A DNA stretch of 63,977 nt, counting the filler, from an uncultured bacterium (GTDB lineage: Bacteria; CAZSTA01), in the NCBI GenBank assembly GCA_964609495.1. It is 6 parts of 6 records of this genome, joined end to end, with 100 filler letters (N's around TTAATTAATTAA, not from the genome) between each part and the next. Parts side by side here need not be neighbours in the genome. Positions count along the whole stretch, not along the records: positions 21,759 to 32,443 come from CAZSTA010000125.1; positions 32,544 to 43,164 come from CAZSTA010000126.1; 4 more parts are not named here. One strand, 5' to 3'. Position 1 is the first letter of the stretch. Each line of letters begins with the position of its first letter. The notes beneath the pieces were generated by a model. The model ran no database searches. It was given only the letters and a program-made list of their open reading frames with translations, and was not told the origin of the DNA. A program made the translations under genes and the position numbers. Shown one piece after another: positions 29,260 through 39,680 of this stretch.

Positions 29260-29772
29260 TTATTGAAAGTCTGCTATCTCCTCAACTGGCTTTCTGAAGG
29301 TAGAAGTTGGTTGAACATCTGGATAACCCAAAGCGATTATCGCTACTGGATTATAATTCTCTGGAATGGTGAATAGCTCCTTAAGTTGTCTCTCATCGAA
29401 ATCACCGATCCAGCAGGTCCCTAATCCCAGCGAATAGGCGGCTAGATGCATATTTTGAATCGCCGCGGCAGTATCTTGGATACTGAAATATCTCAAGGCT
29501 TTATCCTCAACCTGCCTTCGCTCATCAAAGCGAGCACAGACGATTATAGCCACTGGTGCATTTGGCAAGAACTTAGCATAACGGCTTCGGGCAGCCATCT
29601 TCTCCTTCTTAGCCTGATCAGTGGTAACTATGAACTTCCAAGGCTGAGCGTTCATCGCGGAGGGCGCCCACCTGCCTGCCTCTATTATCTGGAGAATTAA
29701 CTCCCTAGATACGGGTTTATCTTTATATCTACGAATACTCCTCCTTCCTTTAATAGCTTCAATAACCTCCAT
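29260..29772 (-). CDS. Nitroreductase family protein
   Basis: RRSIRRY, APSAMNAQPW, QNMHLAA..LGLGTCWIG. Confidence 0.92.
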   Translation of the reverse strand: MEVIEAIKGRRSIRRYKDKPVSRELILQIIEAGRWAPSAMNAQPWKFIVTTDQAKKEKMAARSRYAKFLPNAPVAIIVCARFDERRQVEDKALRYFSIQDTAAAIQNMHLAAYSLGLGTCWIGDFDERQLKELFTIPENYNPVAIIALGYPDVQPTSTFRKPVEEIADFQ

Positions 29773-29860
29773 TACATCACCTCGCTTTCGTGAGCGGGGA
29801 GAGGGAACATCGAGATAGAGTTGATCTTCTTTATTTTCCTCTCTCCCTTGATCTTCTATT

Positions 29861-29992
29861 TTCCCCTCCCTCGATGGGAGGGGTTAGGGGAGGGTGATTT
29901 AAACAATTCTCCTAGAAACCTTTTTGAGACTATTTAATCATCTCTTTTGTTACCCCCTCACCCTAGCCCTCTCCCACAAGGGGAGAGGGAAC
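29861..29992. repeat. Pair of REP-like palindromes
   Basis: TTCCCCTCCCTCGATGGGAGGGGTTAGGGGAGGGTGAT and CCCCCTCACCCTAGCCCTCTCCCACAAGGGGAGAGGGAAC in opposite orientations; related copies elsewhere in the window. Confidence 0.8.
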
Positions 29993-30037
29993 TTGCGGAG
30001 AGAGGGTGATCTTCTTATTCCTCTCTTAGCCACAATT

Positions 30038-31309
30038 TCAGCTAACATAAGGTATCACATACGGTCCTTTGGGGATAACCGCGATCTTAGCCTCCTTGCT
30101 ATGTCTCTCCAGAGCCATCTCGATCCCTTTCTCCACCGATTCCACTGGAGTAGCAAGCAGACTATTTAGATCATCTCCAGCGATTCCTTCAGTGAAAAGC
30201 ATAATCTCCGCTTTACGCTTTGCCTTGATAAGCTCCTCGACCTCCCACTGATCCAGAGAAAAGTATCCTGGTTCATATAGCATCTCGATATACTCATCTA
30301 TATCGGTCGTCTCCATCAATAGCTTCTGAAATTCAGCGCTACCGATTCCCTCACTGCACTGAGAGGCGATCAATATCGTTCCTCCAGACTTTACGATATC
30401 CATAGCTCCTACCATACCTTTGACAGTTTGATAGTAAGTAGCATCTAGCGGATATCCCGCGGAGGTAGTTACTACGATGTCTGCTTCCCGATCTATAGGA
30501 ACTTTGACAACTTTATCAACCGCTTTAACACCAGCTAAGTGCGAAGCCTCTAGTTCTCCTGCGAAGATCCCGGTTATCCTTCGAGCTTCGTCTATCGTTA
30601 CGTTCAGGTTGAAATCCACTCCCGCCATCTTCGCTACCGCTAGAGCGGTCTCATGAACAGGATTCCCATCTAAGACGCAATTCGTAGCCTCGGCTGGTTC
30701 TAGGAGCTTAGGGCCATGGAAGTGCTTCAATGTCTCCAAAGAAGATATACCCGGACAGATGATCTTCCTTCCCCCGGAATATCCCGCCATAAAGTGGGGT
30801 TCGATAAGACCAGTGATTATCTTCAGATCGGCGTTGAGATAAGTCTTGTCTATATAAGCGGGAACTCCCAAAGGCGTATCCCCAAGATAGACATTGGAAT
30901 CGACATCCCGACAGAAGTGATTCACGATCTTATAGTTCTTGACGATCTCCTCGCCCATCATCTCAATCAACTCTTCCTCAGTATTAGGACGATGAGTCCC
31001 AGTCGCGTTGAGGATAACGATCTTATCACGAGCGATGCCGCTCTCCTCAAGAATGCGGAGTAGTGGAGGGAGGATCACTTTATTAGGAACTGGACGAGTA
31101 ATATCGGAGATCACAACACAAGCGTTATCCCTGCCCTCAGCAAGTTCCTTCAAGCTCTTCGTGCCAATGGGATTCGCAAGAACGCGCTCCAACTCCCCTT
31201 CTACATCGGCGATAGGGTCCGTTGGCGACATCTTCACTATCTTGTATAAATTATCATCGGGAATTTCAACAGTCAATCCCTCTCGACCATAGGCTAGATC
31301 GATCTTCAT
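30038..31309 (-). CDS. larA: Nickel-pincer-dependent lactate racemase family protein (LarA homolog)
   Basis: SDITRPVP, ATGTHR, IEPHFMAGYSGGRK, GYPLD...YQ.VKG, DQW. Confidence 0.88.
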   Translation of the reverse strand: MKIDLAYGREGLTVEIPDDNLYKIVKMSPTDPIADVEGELERVLANPIGTKSLKELAEGRDNACVVISDITRPVPNKVILPPLLRILEESGIARDKIVILNATGTHRPNTEEELIEMMGEEIVKNYKIVNHFCRDVDSNVYLGDTPLGVPAYIDKTYLNADLKIITGLIEPHFMAGYSGGRKIICPGISSLETLKHFHGPKLLEPAEATNCVLDGNPVHETALAVAKMAGVDFNLNVTIDEARRITGIFAGELEASHLAGVKAVDKVVKVPIDREADIVVTTSAGYPLDATYYQTVKGMVGAMDIVKSGGTILIASQCSEGIGSAEFQKLLMETTDIDEYIEMLYEPGYFSLDQWEVEELIKAKRKAEIMLFTEGIAGDDLNSLLATPVESVEKGIEMALERHSKEAKIAVIPKGPYVIPYVS

Positions 31310-31353
31310 AGCATAATTCACTCCTTTGAAGCTCTCCAACATATTATATAAAA

Positions 31354-32001
31354 TTACTTCTCCTGACCATATTTCTCCATATAACGTCTATGTCCCCTAA
31401 TAACCTCTTCTCTAGGAATAGGTTCAGGTTTTCCCAGCAATAGAGCTAGATAAACGGTCCGCGCCACATCCTCGACCATAACCGCCGCTTTCAAGGCTTC
31501 AGTGGGAGTAGGCCCTATAGTAAACACCCCGTGGTTCTTCATCAGGATCGCGCGAGAAGCACCGATCGATCTTATTATCTCCTTCCCTATCTCCTCTCCC
31601 CCGATCGGGGCGTAATCTCCAACTGGGATAGGACCTCCGAACTCATCAGCGATAGCAGTTAGATAGGGTAGTATCGGTTCTCCTAATAGAGCAAAGCTAG
31701 TGGCATAGGTTGAGTGAGTATGAACAACTCCTCCTATCTCAGAACGATGGCGATAGATATAAAGATGAGTCAAGGTATCAACTGAAGGTTTTAGCTTTCC
31801 CTCTATAATATTACCCGCAAGATCGACCACCACTAAATCCTCAGGCTTCAACTTCTCATATCTAACTCCGCTGGGCTTTATAACCACATAGCCAGTTTCC
31901 CTATCCCGTCCACTCACATTTCCACTGGTCCAGGCAACTAAACCGTTCTTTGGCAACTCTAAGTTCATTTCCCATACTTCTTGACGCAACTCCTCTAACA
32001 A
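31354..32001 (-). CDS. araD: L-ribulose-5-phosphate 4-epimerase (class II aldolase family)
   Basis: TSGNVS, IKPSGV, KPSVDT.TH, VHTHS.YAT, NHGVF. Confidence 0.88.
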   Translation of the reverse strand: MLEELRQEVWEMNLELPKNGLVAWTSGNVSGRDRETGYVVIKPSGVRYEKLKPEDLVVVDLAGNIIEGKLKPSVDTLTHLYIYRHRSEIGGVVHTHSTYATSFALLGEPILPYLTAIADEFGGPIPVGDYAPIGGEEIGKEIIRSIGASRAILMKNHGVFTIGPTPTEALKAAVMVEDVARTVYLALLLGKPEPIPREEVIRGHRRYMEKYGQEK

Positions 32002-32096
32002 GCTCAGCCCTCCTTATTCTTATCTCAATTATTATAGAATTGAAGCTAGGGGATCTTATAAAGCCCCTAGCTCCGATCATAGATACTACAGTTCAG

Positions 32097-32443
32097 TTAC
32101 ATATCCCCTGTTTCTCCATCAAGTATCGGTTCCAACTCTATAGTTACCGTTGTAGTTACACCAGGGGTAACCGTTACGTCAACCTCCTGGGTAGTGAAAC
32201 CAGTTTTCGAAGCGGTTACCTTATAGCTTCCCGCCTTCACACTATTAAGTATAGCTTCCCCATTCGCATTGGTAGCAGTTGTCTCTATCGCCTTGCCTCC
32301 CTGCCAAACGATAACTGAGACCCCCTGCAAAAGCTTACCAGATTCAGCATCAGTAACGGTGACCTCGATAGCTCCATAATCATTCTGTACTAGATCGGCT
32401 AAAGCCGCAGCTAGATCGATCCTCCCATAACCGAATCCCTCGT
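32097..32443 (-). CDS. C-terminus of a probable S8 serine peptidase with carboxypeptidase-regulatory-like domain (partial)
   Basis: Open from the contig edge: EGFGYGRIDLAAAL...GAIEVTVTDAESGKLLQGVSV...TNANG...GSYKVTASKTGF. Confidence 0.6.
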
Positions 32444-32543
32444 NNNNNNNNNNNNNNNNNNNNNNNNNNNNNNNNNNNNNNNNNNNNTTAATTAATTAAN
32501 NNNNNNNNNNNNNNNNNNNNNNNNNNNNNNNNNNNNNNNNNNN
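32444..32543. other. Artificial contig linker
   Basis: N-TTAATTAATTAA-N. Confidence 0.98.
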
Positions 32544-32723
32544 TGAGTGGGCAAACTTGTTTTTTTCCTTCTTCCTCTCCTTAAGCTCTGACTCTTTTGA
32601 GGTATCATCTATCATTATTTCCCCAAACCCCCAATTAACATCTGAGAGCTGATCGCCTAAGTTATAAGCTCTCAGCAATCAGAGTTACCAAGAGCTTCTT
32701 AGATTGAGAATATATCGGAGCTT

Positions 32724-33938
32724 CTATATCACTGTTGCCATCTGGAATACCGGCAGATACATAGCGATCATGACTCCTCCCACGATAATGCCCAAGATCA
32801 CGATCAAGATAGGCTCGAGCATCGAAGCCAGACCATCCACGGTATTATCTACCTCATCCTCATAGAAATCAGCAACCTTCTCTAACATACTATCTACTCG
32901 TCCCGTCGTCTCCCCTACAGCCATCATGGAGGTCAACATTGGGGGAAAAACCCCACTCCTCTCCAGAGGCCCAGAGATATCCTCGCCTTCCTTGATGCTA
33001 GTTCTAGCCCGCACTATAGCTCTGGCAACCACCTCATTACCGGCCGTCTTAGAGGTTATATCTAAAGATTCCAGAATAGGAACTCCGCTCGCTATCAACA
33101 GCCCCAAAGTTCTGCTGAATCTAGCACAGCTTATCTTGCTGACCAAAGGTCCGATAATAGGCAATCTTAGCTTAAGGCGATCAATAGTGAGTCGCCCTTG
33201 CTTAGTCGCATAGTATCTCTTGTATAAGAAATTCGCAATTATAGCCGCCAATATTATAACCCACCAATAAGATTTCACACCATCACTAAACCTCAAAAGC
33301 ACCCTAGTAGGTAAAGGAAGCTCGCCCCCAAACTGCTTGAACATCTTAGCGAATATGGGAACGATAAAGACGATAAGGAAAGCGGTAATAGCGAATACTG
33401 CTCCCAGAACCATAACTGGATAAAACATAGCTGATTTAACCTTGTTCCTAAGTTCAAGATCTTTCTCCAGATAGACGGATACTCGATCTAGGATCTTGTC
33501 GAGAACACCTCCTACCTCCCCCGCCTTCACCAGGTTGATATAAAGATCGGAGAAAGCCTCAGGGTGTTTGGATAAAGCTCCAGAGATATTCGACCCGCTC
33601 TCGATATCCACCTTAACCTCACTGACGATCTCACTTAAGGTCTTGTTTTCGGTCTGCCTGATCAAAATGTTAAGACAGCTAATAACAGGCAAACCAGCAT
33701 CAACCATAGTTGCAAACTGACGACTGAAAACAGCAACATGCTTTAGACCAACTTTCTTCTTTCCTCCAAGAAATGGGATACTTATCGCTCCCCTCCTGGC
33801 CCTCTTCTCCTCTATAGAGGTAACAAAATATCCAGCATTTCGCATCTTCTGAACTAAGGTTCTTTGATCTGGAGCATCTTCCGAGCGCTGGATAGTCCTA
33901 CCAGTTCTGTCCCTAGCAGTAATCACAAAAGTTGGCAT
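32724..33938 (-). CDS. pilC: Type IV pilus assembly platform protein
   Basis: FSRQFATMVDAGLP, AGEVGG.L, SAMFYP, VGE.TG, EP; two GspF domains. Confidence 0.93.
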   Translation of the reverse strand: MPTFVITARDRTGRTIQRSEDAPDQRTLVQKMRNAGYFVTSIEEKRARRGAISIPFLGGKKKVGLKHVAVFSRQFATMVDAGLPVISCLNILIRQTENKTLSEIVSEVKVDIESGSNISGALSKHPEAFSDLYINLVKAGEVGGVLDKILDRVSVYLEKDLELRNKVKSAMFYPVMVLGAVFAITAFLIVFIVPIFAKMFKQFGGELPLPTRVLLRFSDGVKSYWWVIILAAIIANFLYKRYYATKQGRLTIDRLKLRLPIIGPLVSKISCARFSRTLGLLIASGVPILESLDITSKTAGNEVVARAIVRARTSIKEGEDISGPLERSGVFPPMLTSMMAVGETTGRVDSMLEKVADFYEDEVDNTVDGLASMLEPILIVILGIIVGGVMIAMYLPVFQMATVI

Positions 33939-33964
33939 ATTTAATCACTCTCCCCCGGAATAAA

Positions 33965-35056
33965 TTAGGTTGTTCTCCTCATCGCCATTCTTCCTCCTCC
34001 CAGCATCTTGATCAAACTCTCTTGATCAAATGCTCTGGAGATGGCAACCTCATAACCTATTAATCTTTTGGTATAAAGTTCTCTGAGTGACTGATCCATA
34101 GTCTGCATCCCAAATTTAGTTCCCAGTTGAATCACCGAAGGAAGCTGATGAATCTTGCCCTCCCTTATTAAATTGCGAACGGCGGAGGTGGCGATCAATA
34201 TCTCCACCGCTGGGATTCGCCCTCCCCCACGCATCCTGGGCACCAACTGCTGACTTACCACTCCTACTAAACACTCAGCTAATTGACCTTGGACATGAGT
34301 TCTCTGGTGAGGGGGAAAGGAGGATATTATCGGATCGAGAGAATTCGCGGCGCTAGAGGTATGCATAGTAGCCATTACTAAGTGTCCTGATTCCGCAGCT
34401 TGCAGAGATATCGATATAGTCTCAAAGTCCCTCATCTCTCCAATAAAGATCACATCAGGATCCTGACGCAAAGCATGTTTTAGCGCGCTGGTGAAGGAGG
34501 GGGTATCAGAATTAACCTCCCGCTGATGAACTATGCTGGACTTATTGAGATGAATAAATTCTATAGGATCCTCTATAGTCATTATATGATATCTTCTCTC
34601 AGAATTAATTACGTCTAACATAGCCGCTAGGGTAGTAGATTTTCCGCAACCAGCGGGACCAGTTATCAAAAGTAAACCTCTTCTTTCTCGAGTCAATTCC
34701 TGAAGGATAGGGGGCAAATTAAGTTCTGCCAAGGAGGGAATACGTTGAGGAACTATCCTCAAAACTGCGCATATAGACCCCCTCTGCCGAAAAACGCTGA
34801 CTCTAAAACGCCCCACCCCAGGAAGGCTATAGGAGAAATCAAGCTCATTTTTCCCTTCAAAATGTTCCTTCTCTCTATCGTCCATTATGCTATATATTAA
34901 ACGTCTCGTATCCGCGGGAGTCAGCATTTCAAAATTAGCCTGCGTTATCAACTCCCCATTGATGCGCAGAATAGGCGGACTACCGACAGATATATGAATA
35001 TCGGAGGCAGACTTGTCGTTAGCCAGCCTCATAATCTCTCTGATCTCAATAGCCAT
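33965..35056 (-). CDS. pilT: Type IV pilus retraction ATPase, second paralog
   Basis: ASDIH, GPAGCGKSTT, TIEDPIE, ALRQDPD, GEMRD, AVRNLIREGK. Confidence 0.88.
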   Translation of the reverse strand: MAIEIREIMRLANDKSASDIHISVGSPPILRINGELITQANFEMLTPADTRRLIYSIMDDREKEHFEGKNELDFSYSLPGVGRFRVSVFRQRGSICAVLRIVPQRIPSLAELNLPPILQELTRERRGLLLITGPAGCGKSTTLAAMLDVINSERRYHIMTIEDPIEFIHLNKSSIVHQREVNSDTPSFTSALKHALRQDPDVIFIGEMRDFETISISLQAAESGHLVMATMHTSSAANSLDPIISSFPPHQRTHVQGQLAECLVGVVSQQLVPRMRGGGRIPAVEILIATSAVRNLIREGKIHQLPSVIQLGTKFGMQTMDQSLRELYTKRLIGYEVAISRAFDQESLIKMLGGGRMAMRRTT

Positions 35057-35079
35057 CTTCTCTTGCTCCCCCTTATCTA

Positions 35080-36216
35080 TCACCTAGATCCTATCTTCTG
35101 TCTTCTAGGCGTAATTCTTGCCGAAGGGGTAGGGGCGCCCTCCCCTAACATCCGCAGGAATTCCTCCCTATCATGGCATCTATTCAAGGCATCTTCATAA
35201 CTTATTAATCGTCTTTCATACAGATCTTTCAGGGCTTGATCCATAGTCTGCATCCCATATCTAGCTCCGGTCTGCATAGCCGAGAAGATCTGAAAGGTCT
35301 TCCCCTCTCTGATCAAGTTGCGAATAGCTGGAGTAGCAACTAAAACCTCTACCGCTGGTACCCTTCCCTTGCCCCCCATTCTAACCAATAATTGCTGGGT
35401 AGCTATCCCTATCAGAGAGTTAGCTAACTGGATTCTGACCTGAGGCTGTTGATGAGGAGGAAAGACATCGATTATTCGGTCGATCGCCTCAGCCGCACTG
35501 TTAGTATGGAGAGTAGCGAAAACAATGTGTCCCGTCTCAGCCGCGGTAATCGCCGTGGAGATAGTCTCAAAGTCGCGCATCTCTCCTACCAATATGACAT
35601 CAGGATCTTCTCGCAGAGCCCGCTTCAAGGCCTCGGCAAAGGAATGGGTATCGGCGAAAACCTCACGCTGATTTACTATACAGGATTTATGAGTATGAGC
35701 ATATTCGATCGGATCCTCAATAGTTATGATATGTTGCCTTCTAGTCCCATTTATATAATCTATCATCGCGGCCAGAGTTGTCGATTTCCCATGACCGGTA
35801 GGCCCAGTTACTAAGAATAGACCTCGGGGTTGCTTACAGAACTCCAGCAGGATCGGGGGTAATCCCAACTCCTCCACACCTAAGATCTTAGTAGGGATAG
35901 TTCTCAGAGCAGAGGCAACATTACCCCTCTGTTTGAAGACATTGATGCGGAAGCGCCCATATCCCGATAAAGAAAAGGAGAAGTCCAGTTCATTCTCCTC
36001 TTCGAATATCTTCTGTCGCCTTCCATCCATCAAACTATACATCAGACGGTGTGTATCAGCCGGGGTCAGAGGGTCGTATTCCGTTGGGGTGAGTTCCCCA
36101 TCGATTCGCAACGTCGGAGGAATGCCTACTGTTAAATGTAGATCAGAGGCCCCTCTCTCGAAGGTGAGCTTTAAAAGCTCTATGATATCTAAATTAGTCC
36201 CCCTAGTAGTCCCCAT
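35080..36216 (-). CDS. pilT: Type IV pilus retraction ATPase
   Basis: ASDLHL, GPTGHGKSTT, ALREDPD, TLHT, AIRNLIREGK. Confidence 0.93.
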   Translation of the reverse strand: MGTTRGTNLDIIELLKLTFERGASDLHLTVGIPPTLRIDGELTPTEYDPLTPADTHRLMYSLMDGRRQKIFEEENELDFSFSLSGYGRFRINVFKQRGNVASALRTIPTKILGVEELGLPPILLEFCKQPRGLFLVTGPTGHGKSTTLAAMIDYINGTRRQHIITIEDPIEYAHTHKSCIVNQREVFADTHSFAEALKRALREDPDVILVGEMRDFETISTAITAAETGHIVFATLHTNSAAEAIDRIIDVFPPHQQPQVRIQLANSLIGIATQQLLVRMGGKGRVPAVEVLVATPAIRNLIREGKTFQIFSAMQTGARYGMQTMDQALKDLYERRLISYEDALNRCHDREEFLRMLGEGAPTPSARITPRRQKIGSR

Positions 36217-36302
36217 TAATATCCTCCTCCTCCACCTATTATTTTCGCTCATATCGGATTCTCTCTGCGAAAGCGGACTTATCTTGTAATCACCCTCCCC
36301 TA

Positions 36303-36360
36303 ATAAAGGAAACTTTTGCCAGTTAAAAAAATATATTATAAGGTTAAGAAGTTTCCTTTA
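36303..36360. repeat. TAAAGGAAACTT-family inverted repeat
   Basis: TAAAGGAAACTTTTGCC...AAGTTTCCTTTA; same ends as 26238-26340. Confidence 0.6.
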
Positions 36361-36402
36361 ACCCCTCTCATCGCGGGAGGAGAAAATATCCTTCGATTAT
36401 TT

Positions 36403-39400
36403 TTAGTCGACTCTAGAGACTCTCAGAACCTCCTCGATCGAAGTTAAGCCAGCGAATACCTTCTCCATCCCATCCTCAATCAGCCTCTTCATACCCTCTT
36501 TTTTCGCTATCTCTCCGATATCTCCCGCTGACTTCTTGTCTATAACGAGCTGTCTTATTGGATCGGTAATTTTAAGCACCTCGTTAATGGCCATCCTACC
36601 TTTATAACCGAAATTATTACAAGCAGAACATCCTACCGCTCTATATATTGCGGGTGGTTCTCCCTCGAAGTTAGGAATAATCCTCTTTAACTCCTCTAAA
36701 GTGGGGGTATATAGTTCCTTGCATTGTTCGCATAACCTTCGCACCAACCTTTGGGCCACCGCTAGCAGAACTGCGGAAGCTATCAGGAAGGGCTCGACCT
36801 TCATATCGGTGAGACGGGTAAGAACACCAGCCGCGTCGTTAGTGTGTATTGTGCTGAAGACTAGGTGACCAGTCAAAGCGGCTTCAATAGCGCTTTCGGC
36901 CGTCTCGAAATCTCGAATCTCTCCGACCATCATAATATCTGGGTCTTGACGGAGAAAGGCTCTAAGACCTTTAGCAAAGGTGAAGCCGATCTTGGGATTA
37001 ACCTGAACCTGGTTGATACCAGCTAATTTATACTCTACTGGATCCTCAAGAGTAATGATATTCTTCTCCAGAGTATTAATTTCAGATAAGGCCGAATAAA
37101 GGGTAGTGGTCTTTCCTGAACCAGTGGGTCCTGAAAGCAAGATCATCCCATAGGGTTTTCGTATAGCCTCCCGGAAAGTCTCCAAGTTTTTCATAGAGAA
37201 ACCGAGCTTAGTGATGTCCAAAGTCTTGGGGTTACCCTCGAGGATTCTCATAACCACCTTTTCGCCATAGACAGCCGGCAAGGTGGAGACCCGGAGGTCG
37301 ATATTTATCCCTTCCCTCTCTCGCTTGAAAGTTATACGACCGTCCTGAGGAATGCGTCTCTCGGCGATATCTAGATCGGATAAGATCTTAAGACGAGAGA
37401 TTATAGCATTCTGGGCTTTCTTCAATTTATGCTGCTGAGAAGGTTCAATGGCCTCCTGAAGTATGCCATCTATACGATAACGGACAGATAACTTCTTTTC
37501 GGCTGGCTCGATGTGGATATCGCTGGCGCCCATCTGGTAGGCCTGCCTAATTATCATATCTACAAATTTGATAACAGGAGCGCTATCGGCATCTTCATCA
37601 TCGAATATTTCCTCTTCCTCCTCTACTTCCTGGGTGCTTACAATTCCCTCCACCATCTCATTCACAGAATCGGGGGTTTCATAAGCTATATCTATAGCTC
37701 TCAGGATCTGCTCTCTGGTGCTAACAACTGGCTTAACCTGCAGACCAGTCATCAACTTTAAATCATCTATAGCGAATACATTACGAGGGTCTGCCATAGC
37801 TACATGTAAGGTGTTACCATCTCTCTTTAGGGGGATTAGGGTGTGGCGTCGCGCCATTGCCTCGGGGACTAGCTCCAGAACGAAGGGATCGAAGATTATA
37901 TCATCCGTTATATCTACATAGGGAAGGTTAAGCCGTTTTGCTAAACCCTGAGCTAAATCCCCCTCGGTGGCTCCCACTGGGATCAGGGCCTCCTCTTGAG
38001 AGGCTTTATCTGGGTTTCTCTCTTTAAGGGCTGAATTTCTTTGGGTCAAGCTAGTATCTCCTGGTTTTTTCAGTCCAGTATCACCCTTAGCCTCATCAAA
38101 TATTCTTAGGCCTTCCTCCTTCGAACTTTCTCGTGGCATCAAACCATCTTCCTCTAATTCTGTCTTAGCAGTCCCCTTCGAGATTTCGGAATCCTCATCC
38201 ATCCACTCTCCGAAGACATTGTCTATCTCAATATCGATATCATCGCCCGTTAGAAAGCCACTTAACTGAGTTTCGGAAGGTTGTTCAGGGATAGTCTCTC
38301 TCTCCTCTACCCGGGGTTCCTCCTTCTCAGGGGCTATCTCCTCCTTGCCCAGGGTGGGGGCTAATTCCTCCAACGCTTTATCTTCAGATAGTATGAGGAT
38401 CTCATTCTCCTCAAGGGTATTCTCTTCCTTAACCTCGACGGCTTTATCCTGTTCTTCTTCACTTTCTCCATTGCCAAACAGTTTCTGACATACATCCATC
38501 AGTTCAGTTTCGAGACAGAGAACTGGTTTGACCCTATATCCGGAGGTTTTCTCAATCTCTCGCAGGGCAAATTCGTTGCGAGGATCGACCATAGCCACGG
38601 TTAGTTCACCGTTATGTTTTGTCATAGGCACAGCTAAATTGCTTATGATAAAATCACAAGGGACGAGGTTTACCAATTGGGGATCTACATCATCTTTACT
38701 TAGATGGGCTAAAGGAAGTCCCATATATCTTGATAGAACTTCTGCTACCTCCTCTTCCTCCGCTAGTCTCATCCTAATTATCACCTTATCTATAGTATCG
38801 CCCGTCTTCTCAGCCTCCCTTTTAACTATGTTCATCTGGGGAGGGGTTAATAATCCTCTCTCTAAAAATAGGTCCTCTAAGCTCTTCTTCCTAGGAGGGG
38901 AAGGAAGATCGACTTTTCTTCCCGAAAGGTTAAGCTTCTTCCAAATATCTCGGGCTTTGGTTATGGTGCTATCCTCCTCCATCTTGGGGGATAAATAATA
39001 GCGTCCCTGAGCATCTTCTATCTCTCTCTTTGAACATATAACCGGTTCGATCTCCAAACCGGTTAGAAGCTTCATATCTTGAATAGCAAGTGAATTAAGA
39101 GGATCGACCATAGCTACGATCAACCTTAAGCCATCCTTACGCAGGGGAAATACTTGATATTTATAGGCAATATCGGCCGGGATACTGCGCACAGCCTCGG
39201 GATCTACTATATATTGCGCGATAGATATATATGATATACCAAGCTGAGCAGCTAAGGCCGACATTATACCCTCTTCACTAATATAACCGAGATTAATTAG
39301 AGTCTCCTCTAAGGGATCCCCCGTCAACTCCTTTTCCTCTAAAGCGTCCTGAATTTGAGATTCGGTGAGGAGTGTTCTTTTCTTTAAGACATTCACCAAT

Positions 39401-39423
39401 TGTCTCTCTTTTAAGCTCATCAT
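36403..39423 (-). CDS. pilB: Type IV pilus assembly ATPase with extended N-terminus
   Basis: ASDIHIEP, ERRIPQDG, GPTGSGKTT, LRQDPD, CxxC..CxxC; three GSPII_N/MshEN-like domains. Confidence 0.92.
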   Translation of the reverse strand: MMSLKERQLVNVLKKRTLLTESQIQDALEEKELTGDPLEETLINLGYISEEGIMSALAAQLGISYISIAQYIVDPEAVRSIPADIAYKYQVFPLRKDGLRLIVAMVDPLNSLAIQDMKLLTGLEIEPVICSKREIEDAQGRYYLSPKMEEDSTITKARDIWKKLNLSGRKVDLPSPPRKKSLEDLFLERGLLTPPQMNIVKREAEKTGDTIDKVIIRMRLAEEEEVAEVLSRYMGLPLAHLSKDDVDPQLVNLVPCDFIISNLAVPMTKHNGELTVAMVDPRNEFALREIEKTSGYRVKPVLCLETELMDVCQKLFGNGESEEEQDKAVEVKEENTLEENEILILSEDKALEELAPTLGKEEIAPEKEEPRVEERETIPEQPSETQLSGFLTGDDIDIEIDNVFGEWMDEDSEISKGTAKTELEEDGLMPRESSKEEGLRIFDEAKGDTGLKKPGDTSLTQRNSALKERNPDKASQEEALIPVGATEGDLAQGLAKRLNLPYVDITDDIIFDPFVLELVPEAMARRHTLIPLKRDGNTLHVAMADPRNVFAIDDLKLMTGLQVKPVVSTREQILRAIDIAYETPDSVNEMVEGIVSTQEVEEEEEIFDDEDADSAPVIKFVDMIIRQAYQMGASDIHIEPAEKKLSVRYRIDGILQEAIEPSQQHKLKKAQNAIISRLKILSDLDIAERRIPQDGRITFKREREGINIDLRVSTLPAVYGEKVVMRILEGNPKTLDITKLGFSMKNLETFREAIRKPYGMILLSGPTGSGKTTTLYSALSEINTLEKNIITLEDPVEYKLAGINQVQVNPKIGFTFAKGLRAFLRQDPDIMMVGEIRDFETAESAIEAALTGHLVFSTIHTNDAAGVLTRLTDMKVEPFLIASAVLLAVAQRLVRRLCEQCKELYTPTLEELKRIIPNFEGEPPAIYRAVGCSACNNFGYKGRMAINEVLKITDPIRQLVIDKKSAGDIGEIAKKEGMKRLIEDGMEKVFAGLTSIEEVLRVSRVD

Positions 39424-39473
39424 TTTCCTTCACCTAATATAAAATGATAAATATCTCTTCCCCAATTTTTATC

Positions 39474-39502
39474 ATTATAACATAAATTAAAGGCTATGTC
39501 AA
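39474..39502 (-). promoter_or_regulatory. Sigma-70 promoter of the pilB operon
   Basis: TTGACA-17-TATAAT with TG extension on the minus strand. Confidence 0.75.
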
Positions 39503-39680
39503 CCTTTTCTTTTGAATAAAGTTAAATTTCGAGATTAAGCTCTAATAGCCTCTAATCCCTAAATATCGCATATTTCGCTATTCAAATCCTATAGCATAAT
39601 TTATGAGTTGCAAATTATATATAACACAGAGGTTTTTATCTGCCACTATGGATCATCAATTGTAAAGAATCTCCTCGATT

